Of a stretch of DNA of 64,000 nt, positions 29,569 to 40,967 are shown in pieces. The notes beneath the pieces were generated by a model. The model ran no database searches. It saw only the letters and a list, made by a program, of their open reading frames with translations, and had not been told where the DNA came from. Positions within the stretch are counted from its first letter, which is position 1, and every line of letters starts with the position of its first letter. The position numbers and the translations under genes were made by a program. The stretch comes from a bacterium (GTDB taxonomy: Bacteria > Zixibacteria > MSB-5A5 > GN15 > FEB-12), in NCBI GenBank assembly GCA_030605565.1, contig JAUWIB010000062.1:4141-68140 (forward strand). Direction: 5' to 3'.

Positions 29569-30900
29569 TTACTTCGTGCCCTTGTACAGATCCTGGTATA
29601 TTTCCTGCATCTTCCCGGAACGGATCTTCTCTTTCAAGTCTTTGGTCGGTTCTGATAACCATTGATGCATAGGATCGTTCTTTATCATGTTATCGATATA
29701 TCCGTTAACATCAGGATCGTTGAGCTTCCGGGCTTCCGGAAGGAGCTTGAAGTAGAACGTATGAGCAACATCATAAATGCCGTGCCACCAGGTATAGTCC
29801 GGCCCCATCATAGCGGCGCCGTGACGTGCCCGACGACCTTCATGATGCCAGAGTTCCCAGTAAATCCATTCAATCTCATTACTGAACGCGGCAGGATTCT
29901 CCATAAGTGTTTTGTCTTTGACTATTTTCATGATGGCTGTCGCCGGTTTAGCATACTTTTCATTGTACAGCCTGACCGTACCATCGAATTGAAAGTAATG
30001 ACCTTCGACAAAGTTCCTACCGTGACAGGTGGTACAAACAGTCAGCATGTTTTCTTTCTTGGTTTGCCAGTTGTCTTTTCGTTTGGAAACCGGCGGACGA
30101 AGAGTCCAGGTCAGGCGGTTACCGACATCATGAGTGACCGGACGTTCTTTGGATGCGGACATGTGACAGGTCGCGCAGGTTGGAGCTTCATAATAATCCT
30201 CACCGACAACCCATCTGTCAGCATCGATATTCATTTCATCCAAATGAGTATAGTATGTATTACCATGTTTGGATTCTTCATATATCTCCTTCTGCGGATG
30301 GTCGGGGCCAAGGTGACACTTGGAACATGCTTCCGGCTTTCTTGCCTGGGCTATATCAAAGGAATGACGGGTGTGACAGGCGTTACAGGCGCCTTTGGAA
30401 CCATCCGGATTCAAACGACCGATGCCGGAATTGGGAAAGGTCTTAAGAGAAAGCTTGTTCGGTGAGTTCTTGTCAATTTCGACTTTCCCACCGTGACAAG
30501 AGGCACAACCGGTAATAGCGACCGGCTCACCGCCGGCTACATATGCCAGGTACGCATCGTTGGACTCAAGGATCTCACCGGCGGTAGCGTGATAAGAACT
30601 CTGAACCTCCCTGGCTTCCTTCTCATGACAACGGCCGCAGTCTTTTGGTGTCACTAAGGTAGCGATATAAGCTCCCTCATGCAGATAGGCATCCGATTCA
30701 CTTCTGTCCGCCCGGTGACAATCAATACAGGTTACTTTGTGAGCGGCGTGTTTGGATTGAAACCATTGATTGTATAACCCTGCTGATTTCTCCTTATGGC
30801 AGGTCATACATTTTCCAGCCACTGTTTCTTCCTCAACGGCTGCGAACAGATTACTGATTCCAAACAAGAGAACCAAATTGAGCAACAGCACTCGTCTCAT
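29569..30900 (-). CDS. Octaheme cytochrome c of the hydroxylamine oxidoreductase family, epsilonHao-like
   Basis: Signal peptide, eight CxxCH motifs, GPDHPQ.EIY.ESKHG, C-terminal WHHEGRRARHGAAMMGPDYTWWHG. Confidence 0.88.
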   Translation of the reverse strand: MRRVLLLNLVLLFGISNLFAAVEEETVAGKCMTCHKEKSAGLYNQWFQSKHAAHKVTCIDCHRADRSESDAYLHEGAYIATLVTPKDCGRCHEKEAREVQSSYHATAGEILESNDAYLAYVAGGEPVAITGCASCHGGKVEIDKNSPNKLSLKTFPNSGIGRLNPDGSKGACNACHTRHSFDIAQARKPEACSKCHLGPDHPQKEIYEESKHGNTYYTHLDEMNIDADRWVVGEDYYEAPTCATCHMSASKERPVTHDVGNRLTWTLRPPVSKRKDNWQTKKENMLTVCTTCHGRNFVEGHYFQFDGTVRLYNEKYAKPATAIMKIVKDKTLMENPAAFSNEIEWIYWELWHHEGRRARHGAAMMGPDYTWWHGIYDVAHTFYFKLLPEARKLNDPDVNGYIDNMIKNDPMHQWLSEPTKDLKEKIRSGKMQEIYQDLYKGTK

Positions 30901-31178
30901 GACAACTCCTCGTTATAACACTAATATGTTATCAACTATCTTTGTCTATGTTCTTGGTACGCTTTTCACAAGATGTGTAGTTTCTCAATAAGAGAAAAGT
31001 AAAAACCACTCTCAAATGTATCATTTCTTCCCTGAAACAGCACAAGGACACTCCACCTTTGCTGTTCCAGGACCACTTGTTCAAGCAGTTCTTCCTGCAA
31101 TTCATCTCCAGATAGCAGACTATTGAAAAACGCTACGACCGTCATTGCGAGGTCGCCGCACGCAAGACCTGACGCACT

Positions 31179-31211
31179 AAAAAAGGGGCAGATCCTGTAT
31201 GGACCTACCCC
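31179..31211 (-). terminator. Rho-independent terminator of the dockerin-protein gene
   Basis: ggggtaggtc-catac-aggatctgcccc followed by T6 on the minus strand. Confidence 0.7.
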
Positions 31212-31233
31212 GTACTAACGCGGACGTGCAGTT

Positions 31234-33819
31234 CTATTTCATCAGAACCATCTTCTTGGTGGCGGAGAAATCGTCAGCCTGGAAGCGGTAGAGGTAAACA
31301 CCGCTGGCAACTTCACTGCCGTCCCATACGAAGCTGTATTCACCAGCTTCAAGGCGACGGTTAACCAGCGTGGCTACCTTCTGACCCATGATGTTGAAGA
31401 TCTCCAGCCTGACGTCTGATGCCTCGGGCAGTCGGAAGTTAATCTCAGTCGTCGGGTTGAACGGGTTGGGGTAGTTTTGCGAGAGACTATAAGTCTCCGG
31501 AACAGTGGTCCCGCCCTGAAGCCGCTCGACGCTGATGGGCACGGTGCGGCTGTTCTCGTCGGAGCCGATGGCCGCGATCGCGAAGGCCTCACCGGTCACG
31601 GTTAACAGCATGGTCACCCCAGCCGCAATACGACCCTGTCCCTTTAGATCGAGTACTCCCACTCTAGCCAAGCCTTGCGACTGGCCGGAGTATACCTGCA
31701 CGTCTGCCGGCAAGCCCGTGATGACGGCATCATCGTCGCATGTTAGTTCTAGTTGAACGCCCAGCAGGTTGACCGCTGAGTTGATTTCGATGGTTGTGTT
31801 CACGCCGTCGTAGACGCTGGTAATGATCGCGACTGGCACGCCATCGGCAGGGATCATAGCCACGCGGAGAGCATGATTCGGCAGAGCCAAGCGAGCGGAA
31901 GGATCGGCGCAGCAGTATTCCAGCGCAACCCCACTGATGAAGAGGTGGTCGACCAGTACGTTGATGTCAGAGATGGTGACATTAATGTCGCAGTTGACAT
32001 CGCCGGCCAGTCGGAACGGCAGCGGCTCCAGCCCCCCATTGAAGAGATAATCGACCAGGTAGGAGATATCGGAGATGGTGACATTGTCATCGCCGTTGAC
32101 GTCACCGGGCACGCGATCCGGCCAGCCAGCCGGACAATACTGCCAGGGATCAACGGGACAGACATCGCAGACATCGCCAAACCAGTCCCCATCGGTATCC
32201 AGTTGGTTCGTGTTGGACACGGTCGGGCAGTTATCGCAGGGATCACCGACACCGTCGTTGTCACCATCTTCCTGGCCCGGATTGTTGCGAGCCGGGCAGT
32301 TATCGCAGATATCACCGATACCGTCGAGATCGCCGTCATTCTGATCGGGATTGTAAACTGTCAGGCAATTGTCGCAGGCATCACCGGCGCCGTCGCCGTC
32401 GCCATCTTCCTGATTGGGATTGTAGTTGTCCGGACAGTTGTCGCAGGCGTCACCAAGACCGTCATTGTCGACATCTTCCTGGTTTGGATTGTAGGCATAC
32501 TGGCAGTTGTCGCATACATCGCCGACACCGTCACCATCGCCGTCTTCCTGACCGGGGTTGTATGTCAAGGGACAGTTGTCATCCAGATCAAACACACCAT
32601 CGCCGTCACCGTCGGTACAGGAATATACTTGCACCCAGGCTTGGGCAGGGTGTCCTATCATAACATTGTCTTGACCGTCGTCGTCTATGTCACCGGCGTT
32701 GGCCATAGAAACGTAGTTTCCGTAGGAACCACCGCAGTCAAAGGAAAACACGTGCGATCCGTCGACCCCGGAGAAAACATGGACATTGGGGCCGCTCGGG
32801 TTGTTTTCACTTACCAGAATGTCCGGTACCAGGTCATCGGTTACCAAGCCTGCATCTGAGACATCATAACCCAGATAGCTGCTTCCGCTGATTGTCAATG
32901 TGTGCAACGTCGTTGCACTCTGGCCATAGTAGAAAGACGCGTAACCGGAGTAGACAGTGGCGTGGTTGGCGCCCTCGTAACCAACCACGAAATCGGCGTG
33001 TCCATCACCGTTTACGTCACCAACATCCGACATAACCCTGCTGTTAGGCGCCGTGAGCAAAACAGTGCCCCAATTGTCGCCGGTGAATACTTTGACCGCG
33101 CCATAGCTGGCGACAATGAAATCAAGAGTGTTATCATTATCTACGTCACCCACCCCGGAGACGCGGTGGCCAAACTGTTCGAGAGCCACTGTACCGTCGA
33201 GGGAGGTTCTGGGGAAACCATTGGGGCCCTGGAGTATCCAGATACGGCCGCCATTGACCAGGCCGCCGTCGTCATAACGCGGGCAGCCGATGATGACGTC
33301 GTCATAGCCGTCACCATCGTAATCACCAAGGTCGGAAACACTGAAGCCCAGGTATTCGCCATGGACTCCCGTTATTGTCACAAGTGGACTCCCGGTAGCC
33401 CCGGAGTAGACGGTGACCTTTCCATCATTGTAATTGTTAACGAACTCATTGGGCGAACCAACCACGTAGTCGGGCGTGCCATCGTTGTTGAAATCGCCGG
33501 CTCCGGAGACACTGCGACCCATCCGTGAGTTGGTTTTGAAACCCGTATGGACACGAATCACCGCGCCGTCCATACCGGAATAGACGATGGCTCTTCCCCG
33601 ATCCCCGTCGTATTTGAATTGGCCGACGATAATGTCGTCGTAACCATCCGGGGTGCTGTTGCCGGGAGAGCCGATGTCGCCAATACCGGCAACGCTGAAG
33701 CCATACTGGGTGCCGGCATCGCCGGTTAGGTTCAGACCGCTTGGGCACTCTGATTGGGCCATCAGCGTTGGCGAAACCAGCAAGGCCATAGCCAGTAGAA
33801 AAACTACTGCTGCTCTCAT
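31234..33819 (-). CDS. Secreted protein: FG-GAP/integrin-alpha beta-propeller, 7 TSP3 repeats, type I dockerin, C-terminal T9SS/FlgD-Ig-type domain
   Basis: GxSVSxxGDxDxDGxxD repeats; DxDGxGDxCDNC repeats; duplicated GDVNxDxNVTISDIxxLVDxLF; SQNYPNPFNPTTEI...ASGVYLYR...KKMVLMK; AGGAGG RBS. Confidence 0.88.
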   Translation of the reverse strand: MRAAVVFLLAMALLVSPTLMAQSECPSGLNLTGDAGTQYGFSVAGIGDIGSPGNSTPDGYDDIIVGQFKYDGDRGRAIVYSGMDGAVIRVHTGFKTNSRMGRSVSGAGDFNNDGTPDYVVGSPNEFVNNYNDGKVTVYSGATGSPLVTITGVHGEYLGFSVSDLGDYDGDGYDDVIIGCPRYDDGGLVNGGRIWILQGPNGFPRTSLDGTVALEQFGHRVSGVGDVDNDNTLDFIVASYGAVKVFTGDNWGTVLLTAPNSRVMSDVGDVNGDGHADFVVGYEGANHATVYSGYASFYYGQSATTLHTLTISGSSYLGYDVSDAGLVTDDLVPDILVSENNPSGPNVHVFSGVDGSHVFSFDCGGSYGNYVSMANAGDIDDDGQDNVMIGHPAQAWVQVYSCTDGDGDGVFDLDDNCPLTYNPGQEDGDGDGVGDVCDNCQYAYNPNQEDVDNDGLGDACDNCPDNYNPNQEDGDGDGAGDACDNCLTVYNPDQNDGDLDGIGDICDNCPARNNPGQEDGDNDGVGDPCDNCPTVSNTNQLDTDGDWFGDVCDVCPVDPWQYCPAGWPDRVPGDVNGDDNVTISDISYLVDYLFNGGLEPLPFRLAGDVNCDINVTISDINVLVDHLFISGVALEYCCADPSARLALPNHALRVAMIPADGVPVAIITSVYDGVNTTIEINSAVNLLGVQLELTCDDDAVITGLPADVQVYSGQSQGLARVGVLDLKGQGRIAAGVTMLLTVTGEAFAIAAIGSDENSRTVPISVERLQGGTTVPETYSLSQNYPNPFNPTTEINFRLPEASDVRLEIFNIMGQKVATLVNRRLEAGEYSFVWDGSEVASGVYLYRFQADDFSATKKMVLMK

Positions 33820-33948
33820 AAGACATTCCTCCTTGAGAATATGATAGATTATTGTACCACTAGTAAACTTAACCAGCCCGCTGCTGTTAGTCAAGCAGTT
33901 TCTTGCACGGCGTACCAAAGCCTTCTTTTTGCGCCGCGCGCCCTGACT

Positions 33949-34004
33949 GTCATCCTAAGCGGAGTCGAAGGGTTTCTGTGCGCGGTGTACGTCCTCGTGC
34001 GCCG
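33949..34004. repeat. Two adjacent REP-like units
   Basis: gtcatcctaagcggagtcgaaggg (family also at 37706 and 50145) next to tgcgcggtgtacgtcctcgtgcgccg (family also at 2601). Confidence 0.7.
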
Positions 34005-34029
34005 GCTTCTGCATGCCGGGCGCACCATG

Positions 34030-34061
34030 AAAAAAAGGGAAGGTCTTGTGACCTTCCCTTT
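34030..34061 (-). terminator. Intrinsic terminator after icd
   Basis: Perfect stem aaagggaaggtc-ttgt-gaccttcccttt with an A/T run. Confidence 0.85.
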
Positions 34062-34089
34062 GTCGAATTCAAAAAGAGCCGCTTGCGGC

Positions 34090-35337
<1,248 letters not shown>

Positions 35338-35351
35338 ATCTCCTTGGGATA

Positions 35352-36281
35352 TTACTTGTAGCCGAGAACCTTCAGGTGGCTCTTGTATGTTTTGGCCGAA
35401 CCCCGAAGGGCGCTGAGTTCACTTTTGTTCAACTTCAACTCAAGGATCTTCTCGACACCCTTGGCGCCCAGCACCACCGGCACACCGATGTAGATGTCCT
35501 TGATACCGTATTGACCGGTCAGGTAGGCCGAGGCTGGCAGGACTTTCTTCTCATCGTTGAAAACCGAGCGACACATGTTGACACTGGCCGCCGCGGGAGC
35601 GTAGTAAGCCGAGCCGGTCTTGAGCAGTTTGACGATCTCGCCGCCACCCGCGCGGGTACGGTCGGCAATAGCCTTGAGACGATCCTTGGAGATCAACTCG
35701 CCGATAGGGATACCGGCGACGGTCGTGTAGCGCGGCAGCGGGACCATGGTGTCGCCGTGGCCGCCGAGCACCATCGCCTGGGTGTCGGTCATAGCCACGC
35801 CGAGTTCCATCGAGATGAAAGCGCGGAAGCGAATCGAGTCAAGCACGCCGGCCTGACCGAAGACGCGATTCTTGGGGAAACCGGTGACTCTCTGCATGTG
35901 GAATGTCATCAGGTCGAGCGGATTGGAAACCATGATGATAAAACTTTTGGGAGCGTACTTCTTGATGTTCTTGCCGACGGCTTTGATAATGTCGGCGTTC
36001 ATGTTCAAGAGGTCCTCACGCGACATACCGGGTTTGCGCGGCAAGCCGGCCGTCATGATGATGATGTCGGCTCCTTTGAGATCGGAGAACTTGTTGGTGC
36101 CTTTGACCATGGCGTTATAGCCTCGTACCGGGCCTGCCTGGGTCAGGTCAAGTCCTTTGCCCTGTGGGATACCCTCGACGATGTCAACCATGACGATGTC
36201 GGCGAAATTGGCCTCGGCCAGATACATGGCGCAAGTTGCGCCGACGTTACCAGCGCCGATAACGGCGATCTTCTTGTTCAT
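35352..36281 (-). CDS. mdh: Malate dehydrogenase (LDH-like)
   Basis: [44 protein letters not shown]. Confidence 0.95.
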   Translation of the reverse strand: MNKKIAVIGAGNVGATCAMYLAEANFADIVMVDIVEGIPQGKGLDLTQAGPVRGYNAMVKGTNKFSDLKGADIIIMTAGLPRKPGMSREDLLNMNADIIKAVGKNIKKYAPKSFIIMVSNPLDLMTFHMQRVTGFPKNRVFGQAGVLDSIRFRAFISMELGVAMTDTQAMVLGGHGDTMVPLPRYTTVAGIPIGELISKDRLKAIADRTRAGGGEIVKLLKTGSAYYAPAAASVNMCRSVFNDEKKVLPASAYLTGQYGIKDIYIGVPVVLGAKGVEKILELKLNKSELSALRGSAKTYKSHLKVLGYK

Positions 36282-36311
36282 CGGTTCCTCCGGAAATAGT
36301 TCATACTTCGT

Positions 36312-37535
36312 TTAAGTCTTCAGTACCATGTTGCCGGCGTCATGAACCACCGCCAGGCGGTGGAGCTCTCGCTGGTCAGACCGTAAATATAGGAATTTTT
36401 TCACAAAGTCAAGCGGTTCGTAGAACACCCGGCGAACAGTTGCCTCTGGCAAGGTAGAATGGAGATAAACCTCGACCCTCTGACTATGTGCGTTGACGCG
36501 CGACAGCTTGTGTGAGCCAAATCGCCAATGGCCGTCGGCCGGTTCATTGCGAGAGCGATCCCATGATTCGGCCAGCTTCATGAAGTAATCTGAGCCAACC
36601 CCACCCTCACATGCAGAAATCAGGATAATGGCACCGCCATTGCGAACTGCCTCGTGGCTATTTTCGAGCGCCTTCTGGACCTGGTAGAGGTTCTTGTCCA
36701 ACGGCGGCAGGAGTTCGCATATCACAACATCGTATTGTTCATCGATCTCATGAGCGAAGATCTCCTCAGCCCGTGTTGTTGCCCGCAAGAATGCATCCTC
36801 GAGTTGCCCGCAGAATAGAGCAGCAATTTCACCGGTTCCATCCAGCACAGCCTGAAGGCCGAACAATCTGCTCTCTTCGACGAACTGCATGAGCGATTGG
36901 AGGTGTTCGGCGACCGGGTTGCCTTTCAGCTTCAGTGGAGCAGCAAGCATAGAGTTGGCCATATTGTGGTTGCGTTCGGTAGTTGCCAAATCAGTCAGAC
37001 CCGGGAACAATGACTTGCGGCCCCCGGTGAAACCGGCGAAGTAGTGCGGCTCGATCGAACTGATCAGCAGCAACTGCTGATGCTCTGCAGCGATCTTGTT
37101 CAACCAGACATCACCACCCTTCTCATCAGAACCCAGCCTGACCATAGCATCGTAGTTGTTCGCATCGTGGATTGTCAATCGCTCTCTGATGCGCTCGAGA
37201 AAAGGACCGAAGATTTTCTGAAGCTGTGTTTCGGCAGGGGCGTCGTGGGTGCCCGTAGCTATGATATATGACGCCTCGTCGAGCAGTCGACGGTCGATGC
37301 GCTCCAGCCATTTCAGGATCGTGACGGTAGGGGTGCTGCGGTAGGCGTCATTGACCACCAGCAAAGGCAGTTTCTCCCCTAGAAACTCAGTTCCCCCGGA
37401 GTCTTGAAATTCGGTCTTGAACTGCTCAAACGTCAGCGGTTCGTTTATCTGAACCGGAGCGAATTCGTCGACCTCAACGCCATCGGGAATGTCGATGGGG
37501 AGCTTTCCGTCGGCGAACGAAAGTTCAATAGTCAT
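36312..37535 (-). CDS. LarA-family nickel-pincer racemase/epimerase; substrate uncertain
   Basis: VNDAYRSTP, IATGTH, EPHYFAGFTGGRKSLFPG, NH and PLDKNLYQVQKA motifs of the LarA superfamily. Confidence 0.85.
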   Translation of the reverse strand: MTIELSFADGKLPIDIPDGVEVDEFAPVQINEPLTFEQFKTEFQDSGGTEFLGEKLPLLVVNDAYRSTPTVTILKWLERIDRRLLDEASYIIATGTHDAPAETQLQKIFGPFLERIRERLTIHDANNYDAMVRLGSDEKGGDVWLNKIAAEHQQLLLISSIEPHYFAGFTGGRKSLFPGLTDLATTERNHNMANSMLAAPLKLKGNPVAEHLQSLMQFVEESRLFGLQAVLDGTGEIAALFCGQLEDAFLRATTRAEEIFAHEIDEQYDVVICELLPPLDKNLYQVQKALENSHEAVRNGGAIILISACEGGVGSDYFMKLAESWDRSRNEPADGHWRFGSHKLSRVNAHSQRVEVYLHSTLPEATVRRVFYEPLDFVKKFLYLRSDQRELHRLAVVHDAGNMVLKT

Positions 37536-37612
37536 CGGTCATGGTCAACAATGCGAGTTAGTAGCCTGTGCCGCCATAGTCTTCAGATCGCGCAGAAGAG
37601 CAGGCTTGCCTG

Positions 37613-37834
37613 TGGCCGAGTCTGAAGACTCGGCCACCACGATGTACGGCCGCTCCAGCGTCACCCTGTACACATCAACAACCTCACCCTGAGCGCCTCA
37701 GCAACCTCACCCTGAGCGGAGTCGAAGGGTAGCGTACGGTAGCGGTGAAGGTCATGCTTCGACTTCGCTCAGCATGAGGTAAAATCGTTTCGTAGGGTCT
37801 TGGACCCGCCGCAGGCGGGGGTGTGACCCTACGA
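37613..37834. repeat. Intergenic REP/REPIN-like cluster between larA and ndk
   Basis: Perfect hairpin 37613-37638; ctcaccctgagcg twice plus an inverted arm (37683-37778); GTAG-type nested hairpin 37790-37834. Confidence 0.8.
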
Positions 37835-37946
37835 TCCTTGTAAGCCAATGTTGCACAGAATGACTACCAACCGTCAGTTCACACACTCGCCCTCGGCGAG
37901 CGCAAGAACTGACGGAACAGTGTAAAGTCCCAGCTCCACAGGTGTC

Positions 37947-38348
37947 TCAATCTTCGAAGAAGAATGCGATCTCTTTAGCGGCGTTTTCGTCCGAATCAGA
38001 CGCGTGCACCGAGTTGCGCTGAAGATCGACAGCTATCTCCTGGCGAATCGTCCCGCAGGCGGCGTTGGCCGGATTAGTAGCGCCGATCAGCGTGCGCAGG
38101 TCATCGACCGCATTCTCTTTTTCAAGAACCATCGGCACTACCAACCCCGAACTCATGAACTCAACCAGGTCATCCAGGAACGGTTTGCCTTCGTGAACGG
38201 CATAGAATTGTCGAGCCTGCTCTTTTGCCAGCCTGAGCATCCGCATTTCAACCGGTTTGAAACCGGCCTTCTCCAGACGAGAAACAACGTGGCCGATGAG
38301 GCTCCGCTGCGTCGCGTCCGGCTTGATTATGAGCAGGGTCCGACTCAT
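37947..38348 (-). CDS. ndk: Nucleoside diphosphate kinase
   Basis: RTLLIIKPDA, FYAVHEGKPF, GATNP, GTIR, RNSVHASDS. Confidence 0.96.
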   Translation of the reverse strand: MSRTLLIIKPDATQRSLIGHVVSRLEKAGFKPVEMRMLRLAKEQARQFYAVHEGKPFLDDLVEFMSSGLVVPMVLEKENAVDDLRTLIGATNPANAACGTIRQEIAVDLQRNSVHASDSDENAAKEIAFFFED

Positions 38349-38353
38349 TCGGT

Positions 38354-38953
38354 TCAATCCCCCGCTCGGCGAGACGGGTCTTTCTTGACTTTCATCGCTT
38401 CAGCGTATCCGATTTCGACAGCCGTGCGGTTCTTCTCTTCGGTACCGCGCGGGGCGCGTTTGAGGACGGCATCAATCAAGTCCTCTTTGGAAACGATCCC
38501 CGTGAATGCGGCGATAGCACCCAGCGCGACTACATTCGCCACCATAACGTGTCCGGCCTCTTCGCGGGCTATTTTGGTAAACGGAAGAGCATAATAGGTT
38601 TCGGTGGGGACGTTCTTGACCAGCCCGCTATCGACGATCAACACGCCGTCTTTGTGCAAATCGGCGTAGTACCTGTCCATCGATTCCTGGGTCATGCACA
38701 GGAGCATATCAAGTTGCATCGCTTTGGGGTAGTAGATCTCGTTGGTTGAGACAACGACGTCCGCCTTAGATGCGCCGCCGCGCGCTTCCGGGCCGTACGA
38801 CTGCGTCTGGACGACGTTCTTTGAATAGTCGACACCGATCGCCTCGGCCAGAATAACCGAGCCCAAAATCATCCCCTGACCGCCGGACCCGGACAGCCGA
38901 ATCTCAAACCGATCGTGAGGAATTTCAATCTTATCAAGCAGTTTGTGTTCCAT
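38354..38953 (-). CDS. korC: 2-oxoacid (probably 2-oxoglutarate):ferredoxin oxidoreductase gamma subunit
   Basis: GSGGQGMIL, QTQSYGPEARGGAS, N.VALGA. Confidence 0.88.
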   Translation of the reverse strand: MEHKLLDKIEIPHDRFEIRLSGSGGQGMILGSVILAEAIGVDYSKNVVQTQSYGPEARGGASKADVVVSTNEIYYPKAMQLDMLLCMTQESMDRYYADLHKDGVLIVDSGLVKNVPTETYYALPFTKIAREEAGHVMVANVVALGAIAAFTGIVSKEDLIDAVLKRAPRGTEEKNRTAVEIGYAEAMKVKKDPSRRAGD

Positions 38954-38955
38954 GA

Positions 38956-39816
38956 TTACTTCTCCCCCATGTGGGCGTCGACGACTTTCTGGTATTCATC
39001 GCAGAACTCTGTTCTATCGTCCTCGTGCAAGGTCCCGATGAGGAACTTGCCTTCCATCTCTTCCGGACTCAATTTCTTGGCCTTGGCGGTGGTAACAGAG
39101 TTTTCCTTAAACGCGTTAAGCATCGAAACAGCATCGCCGCGACGGTTGAGACGCCCATAGTAAGTATGGCAATTGGAAATCACTTCCACCAGACTGAAAC
39201 CGTTGTGATCGAGCGCCTTGGTGATGGCCTTCTCCAGTTGCGGTGTGTGGTAGACAGTACCGCGAGCCACAAACGAGGCTCCCGCTGCCTCTGCCAACTT
39301 GCACGGATCGAAATTCTTCTCGACGTTGCCGTAGGGGGTTGTGGTCGAGATGGACCCCGAGGGTGTCGTCGGCGATCCCTGTCCTCCGGTCATGCCGTAG
39401 ATGTGGTTATTGATCAGGATCGCAGTGATGTCGATGTTACGACGGCAGGCATGAATGAAATGATTGCCGCCGATAGCCAGGCAGTCGCCGTCACCGGTAA
39501 TTACGATGACCTTCATGTGCGGTTTGGCGAACTTGATACCGGTGGCGAAGGCGAGGGCGCGTCCGTGCGTAGTGTGGAGGGCGCTGAAATCGAGGTAGAT
39601 AGGCATGCGACTGGTGCAGCCGATCCCTGAGACCATTGCCACCTCGTCCTTGGAGTAACCCAGTTTGTCGATGGCGCGAATGAGAGCGCTCATGACAATA
39701 CCGTTACCACACCCGGCGCACCAAACCGTGGGAAGCTTTTTCCTGGGCCGGAAGTAGTTCAGGACTACATCCGACTTCTGCTTTTCAACACTCTTGGTTT
39801 TTTCGACGGTAGCCAT
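38956..39816 (-). CDS. korB: 2-oxoacid:ferredoxin oxidoreductase beta subunit
   Basis: WCAGCG, GIGCTSR, HGRALAFATG, GDGD..GGNH...NNHIYGMTGGQ TPP motif. Confidence 0.9.
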   Translation of the reverse strand: MATVEKTKSVEKQKSDVVLNYFRPRKKLPTVWCAGCGNGIVMSALIRAIDKLGYSKDEVAMVSGIGCTSRMPIYLDFSALHTTHGRALAFATGIKFAKPHMKVIVITGDGDCLAIGGNHFIHACRRNIDITAILINNHIYGMTGGQGSPTTPSGSISTTTPYGNVEKNFDPCKLAEAAGASFVARGTVYHTPQLEKAITKALDHNGFSLVEVISNCHTYYGRLNRRGDAVSMLNAFKENSVTTAKAKKLSPEEMEGKFLIGTLHEDDRTEFCDEYQKVVDAHMGEK

Positions 39817-40952
39817 TACATAACCTCCTCGAGCTTCTCCAGTATCTGCATCGGAGTCAGGATCTCACCGTCGTATCGTTGCAGAGAATGAATCTCAGTA
39901 TCGGGTGGCATGACGCGCCTGATCTCATGCACAATCTGTCCCATGTTCAGTTCCGGGACAATTATCTTGTGGCACTTCTGACAGTAGTCGCGCAGTTTGT
40001 TGTCAGGGAACGGCCAAACCGTATACAGCTGAACCAAACCCACTTTCACTCCGGCCGAACGAGCCAGCGCCACCGCCAGCAGCACCGCTCGCGAGACTGA
40101 GCCGTACGACACAAAAGCGATTTCAGCGTCGTCCATCATCTCGACACGCAGTTTGGTTATCTCACTGCGGAAGTCCATGATCTTGTTGCGCAGTTTATCC
40201 AGCTTGACCTTGATCTCCTTCGGCTCGTTAGTGGTGAAACCCATAGGGTCATGGGTCAAACCGGTGGAGATAGTACGATAGCCTTCGCCGTAGGCAGCCA
40301 TGGGAGACACCCCGTTGGCTGTTAGCCGAAACGGCTGGAATTCTTCCGGCGGCACGGTCGCCTTGACGCGGTTAATGACCTGATGCTCACCCGGCTTGGG
40401 CAGCGAGATCAACTCACGCTGGTGACCGATTATCTCATCCATCAAAACCACCACCGGTGTTCGGAATCGTTCGGAGAGGTTGAAGGCGCGGATAGTCTCG
40501 GTGACGGTATCACCGACGGTAGAGGGAGCGACGACAATCGCAGTGTAATCACCGTGGGGTCCCCAGCGGGCCTGCATAGTGTCGGACTGACTGACCTTGG
40601 TCGGCAGTCCGGTCGATGGTCCGCCGCGTTGTACGTTGATCACCACGCACGGGGTTTCGGTGATGTAGGCGTAACCGATATTCTCCTGCATCAGGGAGAA
40701 ACCCGGGCCCGAGGTCGCTGTCATAGCCTTCATGCCGGAGACCGAAGCCCCGACGACGGCGCCGATGGAGGAGATCTCATCCTCCATCTGGATAAAGCGA
40801 CCGCCGATTTTGGGCAGTTCCCGCGAGCAGCCTTCAGCCACTTCGGTCGAGGGCGTTATCGGATACCCGGCATAGAACCGCATCCCGGCGTAGATAGCGC
40901 CTTCCACAGCAGCCAGGTTACCCAACAGAAGAGTCCTCTGTGTATCAACCAT
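39816..40952 (-). CDS. korA: 2-oxoacid:ferredoxin oxidoreductase alpha subunit
   Basis: YAGYPITPSTE, QMEDEI, TATSGPGFSLMQE, QRGGPSTGLPT. Confidence 0.92.
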   Translation of the reverse strand: MVDTQRTLLLGNLAAVEGAIYAGMRFYAGYPITPSTEVAEGCSRELPKIGGRFIQMEDEISSIGAVVGASVSGMKAMTATSGPGFSLMQENIGYAYITETPCVVINVQRGGPSTGLPTKVSQSDTMQARWGPHGDYTAIVVAPSTVGDTVTETIRAFNLSERFRTPVVVLMDEIIGHQRELISLPKPGEHQVINRVKATVPPEEFQPFRLTANGVSPMAAYGEGYRTISTGLTHDPMGFTTNEPKEIKVKLDKLRNKIMDFRSEITKLRVEMMDDAEIAFVSYGSVSRAVLLAVALARSAGVKVGLVQLYTVWPFPDNKLRDYCQKCHKIIVPELNMGQIVHEIRRVMPPDTEIHSLQRYDGEILTPMQILEKLEEVM

Positions 40953-40967
40953 GTTTATCTCACCTAC

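Noticed and set aside
31873-32859. 328-aa Val/Ile/Ala-rich plus-strand ORF
   Set aside because: Mirror of the Asp/Asn-rich TSP3 and dockerin repeats on the opposite strand.
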